A stretch of 63,016 nucleotides of DNA, the filler included, from Chiloscyllium plagiosum (lineage: Eukaryota), in assembly GCF_004010195.1 (NCBI RefSeq). It is 3 parts of one record of this genome, joined end to end, with 100 filler letters (N's around TTAATTAATTAA, not from the genome) between each part and the next. Parts side by side here need not be neighbours in the genome. Positions count along the whole stretch, not along the records: positions 1 to 29,556 come from NC_057710.1; 2 more parts are not named here. One strand, given 5' to 3'. Numbering within the stretch: position 1 is the first letter of the stretch; each line of letters opens with the position of its first letter. Position numbers and translations under genes: made by a program. The notes beneath the pieces are model-generated. The model saw only the letters and a list, made by a program, of their open reading frames with translations, did no database searches and had not been told where the DNA came from. Shown here piece after piece: positions 1 to 13,000 of this stretch.

Positions 1-463
1 GCGGGACTCCGTGCTCTACGGTCTGTTCCCCGGGACGCACACCGAGATGAACATCAACTGTGCCTGGAGGATCATCAACTCGGTGAAGGGCGCTCTCTGG
101 GTTGTCCGAAACCTGTTGATCTTCCAGCTGAAGGAGTTGACCCCGACTGAGTGTTGCAGACTGGCACATTCCAAGGTCCAGGACTACGTGTTGAGGGACG
201 CGCTGAAGCTTGGGGCAGCTGCCGCCAAGGCGCGGTGGGGAAAGACCACCGTCTAACATCTGCCTGCCTAAGAAGAACAGGGGGCCCACGCAGTCATTTG
301 GGCTCCGCTGGCGCCTCAGCTCAATGTAATCGCACCAACCTGTGAATAGGAATGATTACCCTGTTTTGATATGCTAAGAAATGGAATGTTTACAGAATGA
401 TGACATGTGTAATTGTATAGATTAAATATATATGAATAAAGTATATTTTTGAAATTAAAAAAA
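1..463 (+). mobile_element. 3' end of Tx1-clade (L1-like) non-LTR retrotransposon: ORF2 C-terminus, 3' UTR, AATAAA and A-tail
   Basis: ORF 11-256 (LYGLFPGTHTEMNINCAWRIINS...ARWGKTTV*) overlaps, nearly identically, the C-terminus of the Tx1-like ORF2 at 29657-30477. aataaa at ~435 and an A-run ending ~463. Confidence 0.85.
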
Positions 464-596
464 GAAGCCATCATGAAGATCCACCAAGAGCATGTCAGCA
501 CAACCAAATGACCCTCCAACGTCCAATCACGATCCAGCGACGATCTCGACTCGCTCTTACAACTCGCCACTCGTCACCTGTTCCAATGAGAACAAT

Positions 597-625
597 CACT
601 TGATCTTAGCCAAAAGGCCGAGAAG
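597..625 (-). pseudogene. U2 snRNA 5' fragment (nt 5-33)
   Basis: Reverse complement CTTCTCGGCCTTTTGGCTAAGATCAAGTG matches vertebrate U2 nt 5-33 exactly; the rest of U2 is absent. Confidence 0.9.
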
Positions 626-790
626 GTGAAATGGTCATGCTAAATTGCCCATAGTATTCAAGGATATGTAGGTTAGGTGCATTAGTCAGGTGAAATGTAG
701 AGTTACAGAGTAAGGGAATGGGTTACTCTTCGTAGGGTCAGTGTGGACTTGTGGGGCAAATGACCTGTTTCCACACTGTAGGGAGTCTAT
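626..790 (+). mobile_element. 3' part of HE1-like SINE
   Basis: catgctaaattgccc...gtgtggacttg...cctgtttccacactgtaggga aligns with the SINE copies at 12183-12492 and 54883-55180. Confidence 0.75.
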
Positions 791-892
791 GAAATCATTC
801 ACAAGTGAAGTAACTAAAGCAGCAATAATTGTGGCTGATAACTCTTTATTCAAATACTTCAAAAATAAAGAAGAAATAACAACAATCTAGAG

Positions 893-1960
893 ATGTCACT
901 TGGTGCAGATGACACAAAGCTAGATGGAGTGATAGATAGTGTTGAGGAAGCGGGGATGCTGCAGAAAGACTTGGACAGTCAAAGAGAGTGGCAAATAGCA
1001 AGCCAGGCAGTGTCAGGAGGTGGAGAAGTCAATGTTTTGGGTGTAACCCTTCTTCAAGACAGTCCTCCTGCCTGGCTTGCTGTGTTCTCCCAGCCTCCTG
1101 TTTGTCTACCTTGGATTCCAGCATCTGCAGTTTTTTTTGTCTCAGACGAAGAGAGTGGACAAAGAAATGGCAGATGGAATACAATGTGAGGTTACACACA
1201 CTTTGGTAGAAAAATAGAAGCATAGATTATTTTCTACACAGGGAAAGGCTTTGAAAATCTAAAGAACAAAGGGACTTGGGAATCCTAGTTCAGGATTCTC
1301 TTAAGGTTAACATGCAGGTTCATTTGGCAATTAGGAAGGCAAATGCAATGTTAGCATTTATTTCAAGAAGGCTAGAATACAACATCAGAGATGTACTGCT
1401 GAGGCTGAATAAGTCTCTGGTCAGACCACATTTGGAATTTATGAGCAATTCTGGACCCTGTATCTAAGGATAGATGTGCTGGCCTTAGAAGAATTATCCT
1501 GGGTACAAAGGGCTTGCCACATGTTGAGCGGTTAAGGACTCTGGATCTGTACTCAACTGAGTTTAGAAGGATGGCGGGGGGGGGGGAATCTGATTTGAAA
1601 TTACAGAATACTGATAGGCTTAAATAGAGTGGACGTGGAGAAGGTGTTTCCATGAGTAGTTGAGACTAGGATCTGAAGGCACAGCCTTATAGTGAAGGCA
1701 AAACCCTTCAGAATTGAGATGAGAAAGATTTTCTTCAGCCAGATAGAGATAAATCTGTGGAACTCACTGCAGCAGAAGGCTGTAGCAGCTAAGACATTGA
1801 GTGTATTTAAGAGAGATTGATAGATTCTTGATTAGTAAGAGGATGAAGCATTGTGGAGAAAAGGCAAGAGAATGGGATTGAAAAACATAGCAGCCATAAC
1901 CGAAAGGTGGAGCAGACTCGATGAGCTGAACAGTTTTGTTCTGGTCTTATATCTTATGGC
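893..1960 (+). mobile_element. Decayed CR1 LINE, RT C-terminus and 3' end, interrupted by a PLE-derived insert (~985-1148)
   Basis: ADDTKLDG..., KWQMEYNV, LVRPHLE motifs typical of CR1 ORF2. Confidence 0.8.
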
Positions 1961-2069
1961 TTTATGTTCCACAGTAGCAAGATGAGTGAAATCATTGCTG
2001 AAAGATACCTTTCAGCAATTGCAACAGGACCTGAAGGACTGAATGCTTCTCACTGTGGTTTTATTAATT

Positions 2070-3350
2070 ATGTCCTTATAAAACATGCTCATGAAGAGCA
2101 AAGAGGATCTTTCCACCCATTTGTCCCTTAAAGACAGAACAAGGGGTGAGAATATTTACAACAAATTTTAAAAGTTTGTACTTGAGAAAAATATTCTGAT
2201 TAATAAAATAGCTGACATCATAAGTGCTGCATTGCTGCATTTTGCAGAAATTATACTGATTGGCAAAAAAATGGCAATGCAATGAAAGTTGAAAACTCAA
2301 TTTGAGCAGAGTTTTTCAACATCATTTGTTCACTTCTTACTCAATGAGCATGATGCTTTGACAATGAGCTTTGACAAAGGGTCAGTTAGACTCGAAATGT
2401 CAGCTCTTTTCTCTCCTTACAGATGCTGCCAGACATGCTGAGATTTTCCAGCATTTTCTCTTTTGGTTTTAGATTCCAGCATCTGCAGTAATTAGCCTTT
2501 ATTGATGCTACCCATGGTAAACTAAACCTCCATGCAAATGTGAAGTGGTCAAATTCACATAAGGTCTTGCAAAGCATTTTAGATTGGATGCCTAAAATAC
2601 TCACTTCTCTTGAATCAAGGACTAGAGGTTGCAGTGACCTGTCAGACAATGCATGGTTGCTCGATTTCAGTTCTTTGCAGGCACAATATCAAAATTGAAC
2701 AAGCTAAACTGAAATACAGGGAGAGACAGACTTCTTACATATAATCAGTGCCACAAAGGCATTTAAAATGAAGCTGGGTTTGTGGTCCTCACAACGAAAC
2801 AAAAAAAATTCAATGCTGTAACATTTCCTGAATTTGGGAAAAATACCAGAAAAACATCAAAGTCAAAGGAAAATGGTTCCACACAAAAAAACGACGCACA
2901 CGTGAAGCACGCAAAAGCACACAGAGTTAATTTCAGGAATTAGGTGCAATGGAATAAAGTGCCATGCTTGTCTCAAATCTATACCTTCAAGCAGACAGTG
3001 GTGGTTCACGACCAAATTCCATCAGATATTTCATTTGCAAAGCAGTGGAATTAAAATGGAAATAATTAACATGCAAAATGATATGGTGCTGAAAGTTACA
3101 TCAAGGAACAGCCATTTTGAAGGACTCACAGAGAAAAATCACCATTCCAATTATTCTGTACTTTTAAAGGTGAAAGTTTACTTTGACTCTTCTGTAAGAC
3201 AGAGCTCTCCCAAATAAAGATAATCAAGTTTAAGTATCGACTGCCTCACAGATACCTGCTTGGTGAATTGTATACAACTGGCAACCTCCAACTACAACCA
3301 ACAATTCAAGCTACTAGTAGATAATGTGCAGTCATAGGTGTCTCACCGAG
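2070..3350 (+). mobile_element. Fossil hAT (SPIN/GTF2IRD2-like) transposase, frameshifted, with a PLE-end insert at ~2370-2490
   Basis: Manual translation gives pieces such as EDLSTHLSLKDRTRGENIYNKF, LSDNAWLLDF, KMKLGLWSSQ, IKIIKFKYR..LTD and LATSNYNQQFKLLVDNVQS*VSH. These resemble the catalytic and C-terminal dimerisation regions of hAT transposases. Confidence 0.65.
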
Positions 3351-3519
3351 ATTTGTTGAGTCTTTGGTCAGTACAGGAAGAGATCAATAATTACACATAC
3401 AAGGTCTTAGATTATTTAGCACTAAAAATAAAATCTTTATTTTAAATTTTCTTTGGGAATGATTCTAGGTTACATGTAAATTCAAAAATGATCTTTCCCT
3501 TAAAAAGGACAGAGGTCAT

Positions 3520-4720
3520 TGTTGTAGATGGCACACACTGCTGCAACTGTGGATCACTGGAGGAGGGTATGAATGCATGTAAATGCAATACCAATCAGGT
3601 AAGCTTTGTTCGGAATGGGGTCAGGATGGTGTTGTAGGAACAGCCCACATACAGAGAAGTGGGGAGTATTCTCCAATGCTTGACTTGTGCTTTGTTTTTG
3701 GTGGACAGATTTTGAGAAGTCAATAGGGGCGTTACTCACTGCAATATTCCTACCCCCTGACCTGTTTTTATAGGCAGAATATTCATTTAACTATTCCCGT
3801 TCAATTTCTGGTCAATGCTAACCTCCAGAAGGCGATTAGTGGAAGTTTCAGCAATGTAATGCCATTGAATGTCAAGGGGCAATGGCTAGACTTTTTTGTT
3901 GGAGATGGTCATTGCCTGGCACTTGTGTGGCTCGGATGATGATTGCCACTTGTCACCTCAAGCCTGGATATTGTCCAAGTCTTGCTACATTTAGACACTG
4001 ACTGCTTCAGTGTCTGAGGAAGAAACGTGCTGAAGAATGTGCAAACATCAGTGCATATCCCTAATTCTGACCTCATAATGGAGGGAAGGTTATTTAGGAA
4101 GTAGCTAAAGTAGTCTGGGCCTCAGACACTACTTTGAGGAACTATTGCAGTGATGGCCTGTGACTAAGATGACTGAACTCCAACACCCACAGTCACTTTC
4201 TAGTATGCTAGATATAACTCAAACACCAGAGATTACTAGCTTTCCTGGGGCTCCTTAATGTTAGTCTCACTCAAAAGCAGTGAGGACTCCTTCCATTGCT
4301 TTACAGCTGAATGAAATTTGACTGATGAGTGGTAGCTGGCCAGATTTGATATGTTCAGCTTTTTATGAACTGGACTTTCTGGGCAATGTTCCCCCATTGC
4401 AGCTAGATGTCAATGTCACAGTTGTACTGGAATAGCTTAGTTGGGGGCATGACAAGGTCTGGAACACAAGTCTTCTGAATATTGTCAGGCCCAATTCCTT
4501 TGCCTTCAGCCATTTCTTGACTTCATGTGGAATGAACTGAATTGGCTGAAGACTGGCACCTCTGGAGGAGCGGGGGAGCTGAAAGTGACAACTACTCAGC
4601 ATCTCTGGCTGAAGATTGTTGCAAATGCCTCAGCTGATGTCCTGGCCTCCCTCATCACAGAGGATGGAAATAGTTGTGCCATCTCATCCAGTAAGTTGTT
4701 TGTAAGTCGACTGTCACTCA
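3520..4720 (-). mobile_element. Old CR1/L2-like LINE remnant
   Basis: Degenerate ORF2-like text on the minus strand (EVKKWLKA..., endonuclease-like segment at 3550-4200). Confidence 0.5.
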
Positions 4721-4734
4721 CACCTGGATAGGAG

Positions 4735-4920
4735 GCTATGGCCTAGTAGTCTGGCGCAGGTAATGTTCTTGGAACCCAGGTTCAAATTACACCATAGTAA
4801 ATGGTAGAATCTTAATTCAATAAAAATCTGGAATTAAGAGTCTAATGATGGCCATGAATCCACTGTCAGGAAAACCTATCTGGTTCACTCATGTCCTTTA
4901 AAGAAGGAAACTGCCATCTT
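4735..4920 (+). mobile_element. tRNA-derived SINE fragment; related copies at ~22290-22670 (+), ~34045-34270 (-), ~52870-53150 (+)
   Basis: B-box-like ggttcaaat and the shared core tctggttcactcatgtcctttaaagaaggaaa recur across the window. Confidence 0.55.
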
Positions 4921-5280
4921 TTGAAAATGCAAGTGACTGACCACCAGAGTAAACAAATTTTAAAAATCTAACTAACTATCAGGTCATGTTTCTCTCTGGG
5001 ATCTCACTTGTTCAATATTACTGGGATCAGAACATTTTCTAACAACCTGGTTAATTTGGATACATAAATTCCCAACTGCCCCTAGCATGCACCTTCTTCA
5101 AAATTGTTTCATTTTGTGTTTGATGCCTCTAATTTTTTTTTCAGCATTAATGTTATCACTCTACACATCTATGTTAAATATCATCTTTTGGGTTGTTCAG
5201 AGAACAGGCACCTACACCATTCCACGATTACACACCCATCTGCCTCGCTGTTTATTGCTTACTATCTTCCACATTTTGCA

Positions 5281-6665
5281 TCATAGAGTCATAAAGATGT
5301 ACAGCACAGAAACAGACCCTTCGGTCCAACTCGTCCATGCCGACCAGATATCCCAACCCAATCTAGTTCCACCAGCCAGCACCCGGCCCATATCCCTCCA
5401 AACCCTTCCTATTCATATACCCATCCAGATGCCTTTTAAATGTTGCAATTGTACTAGCTTCCGCCACTTCCTCTGGCAGCTCATTCCTTACATCCACCAC
5501 TCTCTGAGTGAACAAGTTGCCCCTTAGATCTCTTTTATATCTTTCCCCTCTCACCCTAAACCTACGCCTTCTAGTTCGGGACTCTCCCACCCCAGGGAAA
5601 AGACTTTGCCTATTTATCCTATTCATGCTCCTCATGATTTTATAAACCTTAACGTCACCCCTCAGCCTCCGACACTCCAGGGAAAACAGCCCCAGCCTGT
5701 TCAGCCTCTCCCTATAGCTCAAATCCTCCAACCTTGGCAACATCCTTGTAAATCTTTTCTGAACCCTTTCAAGTTTCACAACATTTTTCCGATAGGAAGA
5801 CCAAAATTCCATGCAATATTCCAATAATGGCCTAACCATCGTCCTGTACAGCCTCAACTGACCTCCCAACTCCTGTACTCAATAGTTTGACCAATAAAGG
5901 AAAGCATACCAAATGCTGCCTTCACTATCCTATCTACCTGAGGTTCCACTTTCAAGGAGCTACGAACCTCCACTCTAAGGTCTCTTTATTCAGCAATACT
6001 CCTTCGGACCTTACCATTAAGTGTATAAGTCCTACTAAGATTTGCTTTCCCAAAATGCATCAGCTCACATTCATTTCAATTAAATTCCATCTGCCACTTC
6101 TCAGCCCATTAGCCCATCTGATCAAGATCCCATTGTAATATGAGGTAACCCTCTTCGCTGTTCACTACACCTCCAATTTTGGTGTCATCTCTAAACTTAC
6201 TAACTATACCTCTTATACTCACATCCAAATCATTTATATAAATGATGAAAAGTAGTGGACCCAACACCAATCCTTGTGGCACTCCACTGGTCACAGGCCT
6301 CCAGTCTGAAAAACAACCCAACCACCACCACCCTCTGTCTCCCAACTTTGAGCATTCTCCCTGTATTCCATGAGATCTAACCTTGCTAATCAGTCTCCCA
6401 TGGGGAACCTTGTCGAACGCCTTACTGAAGTACATATAGATCACATCTACCGCTCTGCCCTCATCAATCTTCTTTGTTACTTCTTCAAAAAACTCAATCA
6501 AGTTTGTGAGACATGATTTCCCATGCATAAAGCCATATTGACTATCCCTAATCAGTCCTCGCCTTTCCAAATATATGTACATCCTGTTCTACAGGATTCC
6601 TTCCAATAACTTGCCCACCACCGATGTCAGGCTCCCTGCGCTATAGTTCCCTGGCTTGTCTTTAG
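5281..6665 (-). mobile_element. CR1 LINE (HER1-like) RT and 3' end
   Basis: ORFs 6109-6582 (QYGFMHGKSCLTNLIEFF, FSKAFDKVPH, SGVPQG, DDTKIGG) and 5363-5869. Confidence 0.9.
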
Positions 6666-7542
6666 CACCAAATAAAGAAAATTTAAAATGCAGAATGGTA
6701 TTTCAGGTTTACAAATTTTGATATCCTAAATAAATGTATAGTTTTTTGACTGATTTTGAAATAATATCACAAAATACCATAAACATAAACTGGCCTTGAG
6801 AGTTCTTCATGTTGAGATTGGATACAAAAACAGCTAAAAGGAATTATATCTGTAACTATATAATAGCATAACACTGCCCATTCATACATAGGATTTGAAC
6901 ATGCAAGTAAACCTCTTGTACATGAGTGATAATTCTAGAAAGATGAATTTAAGTGGTCAGAGATTTAAATTACTTCTTAAAGATGACAGAATCTGTTTTG
7001 GAAAAAAAGTCTGAAGTAATGTAATACTGTTATTTTCTCTCTTTGTGCCAATGAGGTTAGAACTAGTTGCTTATTATGAGCTGTGTTTAAACTTAACAAC
7101 AAAGACTCTCAAGTCCAATACAGTCCTGGTTAATTTCAAAATGGAGCTCCCTTGCTTACCCCTGACCTCCCCAGCAATACCCACAAAAATGAACATTTCT
7201 GTTACTGACACAACCCAGCTTTATGGATTAAGTGAAACAATTTAGTGCACAGATTCGTACTAATTCTTTATCTGCTGCAATTGTACTTTAGACAAAACGG
7301 GGATATTTTTATCCGCTGTAATTGGACTTTGTACAAGATGGGCTCAGATTAAGTATATGAATCAAAAGGACCATCACTGGAAATGGCAGCAACAAAAAAA
7401 AGCATGAAAACTGAAAATGTGTTTTCCAGATCATTCCAATTTCTTTTTTAAAGTATCATAAGTTATGTAGATTTACTTCAAAAGGTCTTCATATTTCTCA
7501 GTAACTCATTAAAAAGAGCACTTTTTCATTCAACTAAGTTAC

Positions 7543-7672
7543 CTGATCCAGTTAAGTAATCAGACTTTGCTTTTTGCATAAATTCCTCCGTTGTTATAGA
7601 TTCCTTAGATGGCTTGGATTCTGAAGAGTTAAATGATGTCTGTAAGCCACTGTCCTCTATGACTGCATGATT
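7543..7672 (-). CDS. Unidentified gene, exon 4 (130 bp): NHAVIEDSGLQTSFNSSESKPSKESITTEEFMQKAKSDYLTGS
   Basis: tttattccag acceptor and CAG|gtaact donor; open in phase 0->1, compatible with the exon at 17577-17647; lies in non-repetitive sequence. Confidence 0.72.
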
Positions 7673-7829
7673 CTGGAATAAATAGTTTAAACAGTTAAAC
7701 TAAAATATTGGATAAATTCTCTCACAAACAAGAGGTGAGAAAGAGAAGTATGCCAAAAATGCTTTCTTGCAAAAGCCTTTTGACCGTTTAGAATCCTTCA
7801 AGTCTTTTGACTGTAAGGTTCTTGCAACA

Positions 7830-8260
7830 GGCGAAAGTGAAAACTGCAGATGCTAGAGATTAGAGTTGAGAGTGTGGTGCTGGAAAAGAACAGCAGGTCA
7901 GGTAGCATCTGAGGAGCAGGAAAATCATAGTTTCAGGCAAAAGCCATTCATCAGGAATGAGGCTGGGAGCTTCGGGGTTGGAGAGATAAATGGGAGGGGA
8001 TGGGGCTGGGGGAAAATGAGGAAACTAGTGAAATCCACATTGATGCCATAGGGTTGGAGGGTCCCAAGGCGTAAGATGAGATTTCTTCCTCCGGGTGTCA
8101 GGTGGTAAGGGAGTGGCGATGGAGGAGGCCCAGGACCTGTATGTCCTCGGCAGAGTAGGCGAGGGAGTTGAAGTGTTTTGCCAGGGGCGGTGAGGTTGAT
8201 TGGTTCGGGTGTGCTGGAGATGTTCTCTGAAGCGTTCTGTGAATAGGTTCTTGCAACGGC
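7830..8260 (-). mobile_element. Penelope-like element 3' fragment (GIY-YIG end plus pLTR)
   Basis: ERFREHL...NQP...HFNS text and the terminal gaaagtgaaaactgcagatgct motif shared with 21754-22080. Confidence 0.75.
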
Positions 8261-9669
8261 TTACACGTAAGACAGATAGCAACAGATACAATTGAGTGTT
8301 TACACAAAGAGGTGCTAAGTCACATAAAATTGGCACGTCTCAGGTTCAACTCTCCTGTCTTCTCCCAATTAGTTGGTCTCAACCAGTGTTGAGGCAATAA
8401 GCAGTGTTAGCATTGGTTTCTGGATTCCCAAAGTAGGGAAAAACTACTCAAGATTCTGAATCCTAGAAGTGTGCCAACAGTGGATGTTGGGTAAAGCACA
8501 GAATAGTACAGTTCAGAAGGAGGTCATTTGACCATCAAGTCTGCAAATGACTTTCAAGGTATAGTCCAGTTCGCATTATTCCCTGGCTTTTTTCCCATAT
8601 CCCCATATTTTTATCCTTCAATGATTTATCCAATCCCTTTTTGAAAGCTTCCACTAAATCTGTTTGTGTCATATGATCAGGCATTTCAATCCAAATCCTA
8701 ACCATTTATTGCATACAGAAACTTATCCTTATGTTATCTGTTTTGTTAACCATTCATCTTTAACCATCTGAATATTGGTCCTTCATTTATTGAAAACAGT
8801 TTTTACTGCTCCTGTGCTCAAAAGACGCATGCTAATACTCAAATATGCGTTTAAAGATAGAATTGAGCTCAGAAAAGCACATTTACCTTCCAACAAAATT
8901 TGAATATTATTGTTTTTGCCAGTTATAGAACTGAAAGGGGAGATTGTAAAATGTGTTCAATGTTGAGAAATGCTCTAAAATAATTCTAAAACCTAGTTTG
9001 TTATTAGAAGTACTGAAACAGATCTGCCTGCCCTGATTTTCACTGTATTTAGGTACATGTGACAATAAATCATATCAGATCAGATCAAAGGCTTACAGTA
9101 AAATTTTTGTAAAGATCAGTTTCTATGATTTCACTTCAGGCAAGTTTAAAATTCTCCAAGATGCTCTCGAGGCACAGATAATGCCCGTCTGTTACTGGAA
9201 GCTACAGGAAAACGAAACAGATGAGTCACCTACGATTTTCTTCCATTTCCATCCAGTTTCCTATAAACAATAGTTTGCATGCTGGTATGAGTGCCAGCCT
9301 TCTTCCAATACTTATCAATTAGTCACTATTCATATTTGAATCTAGTTGTTGACCATCAGAAGACTGTTTCATTCCAGGTACCTCTGCACAACAGACTCAT
9401 CTGATCCTATCGTTGGTTTAGGAGCTCGTGATTATATTTACCTAATTTACGCAATAGACAATTTGCAGCAATTTTCAGATGGTTACTGAGAAGCAACACT
9501 TTAGCCATAATACTTTAGGTAGTTAAAGAAAGAAAGTATACAAATGCAACAACTGAGGGTAGTTCACTGATAACAATGACAAGCAGGTTGTTGGTACAGA
9601 ATGTAATGTCCTAGTTAAAGTCATGAACTCTTGTATGACCTTGCTAGCCAACGTTAGGGAGGTTTGTAG

Positions 9670-9778
9670 GAGAAAGTAAGGACTGCAGAGCTTATGTACC
9701 ATACGTCAATTCTCCTCCTCCTCCTCCTCAAATGCTGCCTGACCTGTTGTGCTTTTCCAGCACCACACTCTCGACTCA
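9670..9778. mobile_element. Short PLE-end-derived insertion with inverted termini
   Basis: ggagaaagtaaggactgcag at left, gctgcctgacctg..ttttccagcaccacactctcgact at right; flanks resemble gaggttt(g/a)ta duplications. Confidence 0.55.
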
Positions 9779-10020
9779 GAGGTTTATAGAATGGAAACAG
9801 GCCCTTTGGCCTAACTAGTCAATGCCGTCCAGTTTTCACAATTAATCTCATTTGCCTGTGTTTATTTCATATCACTCCATACCTATTCCATTTATGTACA
9901 TGCCTAAATGTTTCTTAAATGACAAGATTGCATTTGCCTCCACTGCTAACTCTGGCAGCCCATTCCAAATACTCACCACCTTCTGTGTGAAACAATTGCC
10001 CCTCTGAACCCTTTCGTATC

Positions 10021-13000
10021 TAGAACAAATAACAAAGAAAATTTACAGCCCAGGAACAGGCTCTTTGGCCTTCCAAGCCTGAGCCAATCCAAATCAACTG
10101 TCTAAACCTGTCGCCCAATTCCTAAACATTTGTATCCCTCTGCCCCCACCTACTAATGCATCTGTCCAGACACATCTTAAATGAATCTACCGTGCCTGCC
10201 TCGACCACCTCTGCTGGCAACGCGTTCCAAACGCTCACCATCCTCTGTGTGAAGTACTTGCCACCCTTAAACTTTCCACCTCTCACCTTGAAAGTGTGAC
10301 CCCTCATTATTGAATCCCTCACCCTGGGAAAATGCTTGTTGCTAAGAACCCTGTCTATACCCTTCATGATTTTGTAAACCTCAATCAGGTCCCCCCTCAA
10401 TCTCCTTTTTCCTAATGAAAATAAACCTAACCTACTCAACCTCTCTGCATTGCTAGCACCTTTCATACCAGGCAACATCCTCGTAATCCTTCTCTGCACC
10501 CTCTCTAAAGCGTCCACATCCTATTGGTAATGTGGCAACCAGAACTCTACACAGTATTCTAAATGTGGACAAACCAATGTCTTGTACAATTTTAACATGA
10601 CCTGCCAGCTCTTATACTCAATACCCGCCCAATGAAGGCAGGCATACTATATGCCTTCTTGACCACTCTATCCATCTGTGCAGCAAACTTCAGGGTACAA
10701 TGGACCTGCACTCCCAGATCTCTCTGCCCATCAACTTTTCCCAAGGGCTCTTCCATTCATTGTATATAATTTGCTCTAGAATTAGACTTGCCTAAATGCA
10801 TCATCTCACATTTGTCTGGATTGAAAACCATCTGCCACTTTTCCGCCCAACTCTCCAGTCTATCTATATCCTCCTGTATTCTCTGACAGTCCCTTATGCT
10901 TCCGGCTACTCCACCAATCTTCGTGTCATCTGCAAACTTGCTGATCATACCAACAGTGCCCTCTTCCAGATCATTTATGTATATTACAAACAACAGTGGC
11001 TCCAACACTGACCCCTGTGGAACACCACTGATCACCTTTCTCCATTTCGAGAAACTCCCTTCAACCACCACTCTCTGTCTCCTGTTGCTCAACCAGATCT
11101 TTATCCACCTACTCTCCATTAGTCTACCATGGGGAATCTTATCAAACACTTTACTGAAGTCCATGTCTATGACATCAACAGCCCTTCCTTCATCTATCAA
11201 CTTGGTCACTTCCTCGAAGAACTCTATTAAGTTGGTAAGGCACGATTTCCGCTGAATAAAGCCATGTTGCCTATCACTGATAAGTCCATTCTTTTCAAAA
11301 TATAAATAGATCCTATCCCTCAGTACCACCTCCAGCAACTTTCCCACCACTGACGTCAGGCTCACTGGTCTGTAGATACCCAGAATATCCCTACTACCCT
11401 TCTTGTACAGGGAGACAACATGAGCAACCCTCCAGTCCTCTGGCACCTCACCTGTATTTAAGGATGCCACAAAGATATCTGTCAGGGCCCCAGCTATTTC
11501 CTCTCTCTCCTCCCTTAGCAACCTGGTATAGATCCCATCTGGTCCTGGGGATTTGTCCACCTTAATAACCGCTAGCATAACCAACACATCTTCCCTACTT
11601 ACGCCAACGTGATCCAGACTAATCAAACTTCTATCTCTAAACTCAACATTCATCATGTTCCTCTCAGTGAACACTGATGCAAAATAATCATTCAGAATCT
11701 CACCCATTCACTCAGGTTCGACACACAGCCTTCCTTTGTTATCCTTCAGTGAACCAATCCTTTCTCTAGTTACCCGCTTGCTTCTTATACAAGAATAAAA
11801 TGCTTTGGGATTCTCCTTAATTCTACATGCTAAAGCTATTTCATTACCTCTTTTAGCCCGCTCGATTCCTCATTTAAGACTTGTCCTACTCTTCCGATAT
11901 TCTTCCAGGGCCCGTTCTGTTCTTAGCTGCCTAGACCCTATGTACTTCCCTTTTCCTCTTGGCTAGTCGTACAATCTCTCCTGTCATCCACGGTTCACAA
12001 ATCTTGCCCTTCCTATCCTTTGCCTGCAATGGGACATGCCTATCCTGCGCCATCTTTGAAAGCCTCCCACATCTCAAATGTCGACTTCCCTTCAAATAGC
12101 TGTGTCCAATCCTTACTAATTTTGATACAATTGGCCTTGGCCCAGTTTAGTACTCTTCCCTTTGGACCACTCTCCTCTTTAATTAGATTCCCTACAGTGT
12201 GGATTTAGGCCCTTCAGCCCGACCATTCCACACCGACCCTCCGAAGAGCAACCCACCCAGACCCATTTCCCTCTGACTAATGTCCCTAACACTATGGGTA
12301 ATTTAGCATGGCCAATTCACCTGACCTGCACATCTTTGAACTGTGGGAGGAAACTGGAGCACCCGGAGGAAACCCACACAGACATGAGGAGAATGTGCAA
12401 ACTCCACACAGACAGTCACCCGAGCCTGGAATCAAACCTGGGACCCTTGTGCTGTGAGGCAGCAGTGCTAACCACTGAACCACCGTGCCGCCCCTAATCT
12501 ACAAGTATTCTAAAACTTACAGAATTGTGGACACTGTTCCCAAAGAAATCCCCCACCGCAACTTCTACCACTTGTCCTGGCTCGTCCCCAGTACCAGGTC
12601 CAATATGCGTCCTTCCCTCGTCGGACTATTGACATACTGCTCTAGAAAACTCTCCTGGATGCTTCTTACAAATTCTATCCCAACCAGACCTCTGACGCTA
12701 AGTGTATCCCAGTCAATGTTGGGAAAATTAAAATCTTCCATCACCACTACCCTATTGCCTCTACATCTTTCCATAATCTGTTTATCTATTTGTTCTTCTA
12801 CCTCACGCTCACTGTTGGGAGACCTGTAATACAACCCCAACAATATAACTGCACCCTTCTTATCTCTCAGCTCCACCCACAATGCCTCACTATCCAAGAT
12901 CTCCATAGTGTCCTCTTTTAGCACAGCCGTGATATCGTCCCTGACCAGCAATGCAACTCCACCCCACCCCATCCCCCTTTTAATTCCCTCCCTGTCCTGT

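Noticed and set aside
597..625. Functional U2 snRNA gene
   Set aside because: Only 29 nt present; no branch-point-pairing region or Sm site.
7262..7342. ~43-bp imperfect tandem duplication (also a 15-bp duplication at ~48184-48213)
   Set aside because: Ordinary slippage duplications with no further signal.
9097..9260. Possible extra minus-strand exon (tttatag or ttcctgtag acceptors, gtaagc donor)
   Set aside because: Stop codons in all frames for both acceptors, and the flanking exons join in frame without it; at most a poison or cryptic exon.
12420..12492. tRNA gene (also 54883-54955)
   Set aside because: The A and B boxes belong to SINE heads followed by SINE body; no complete cloverleaf.
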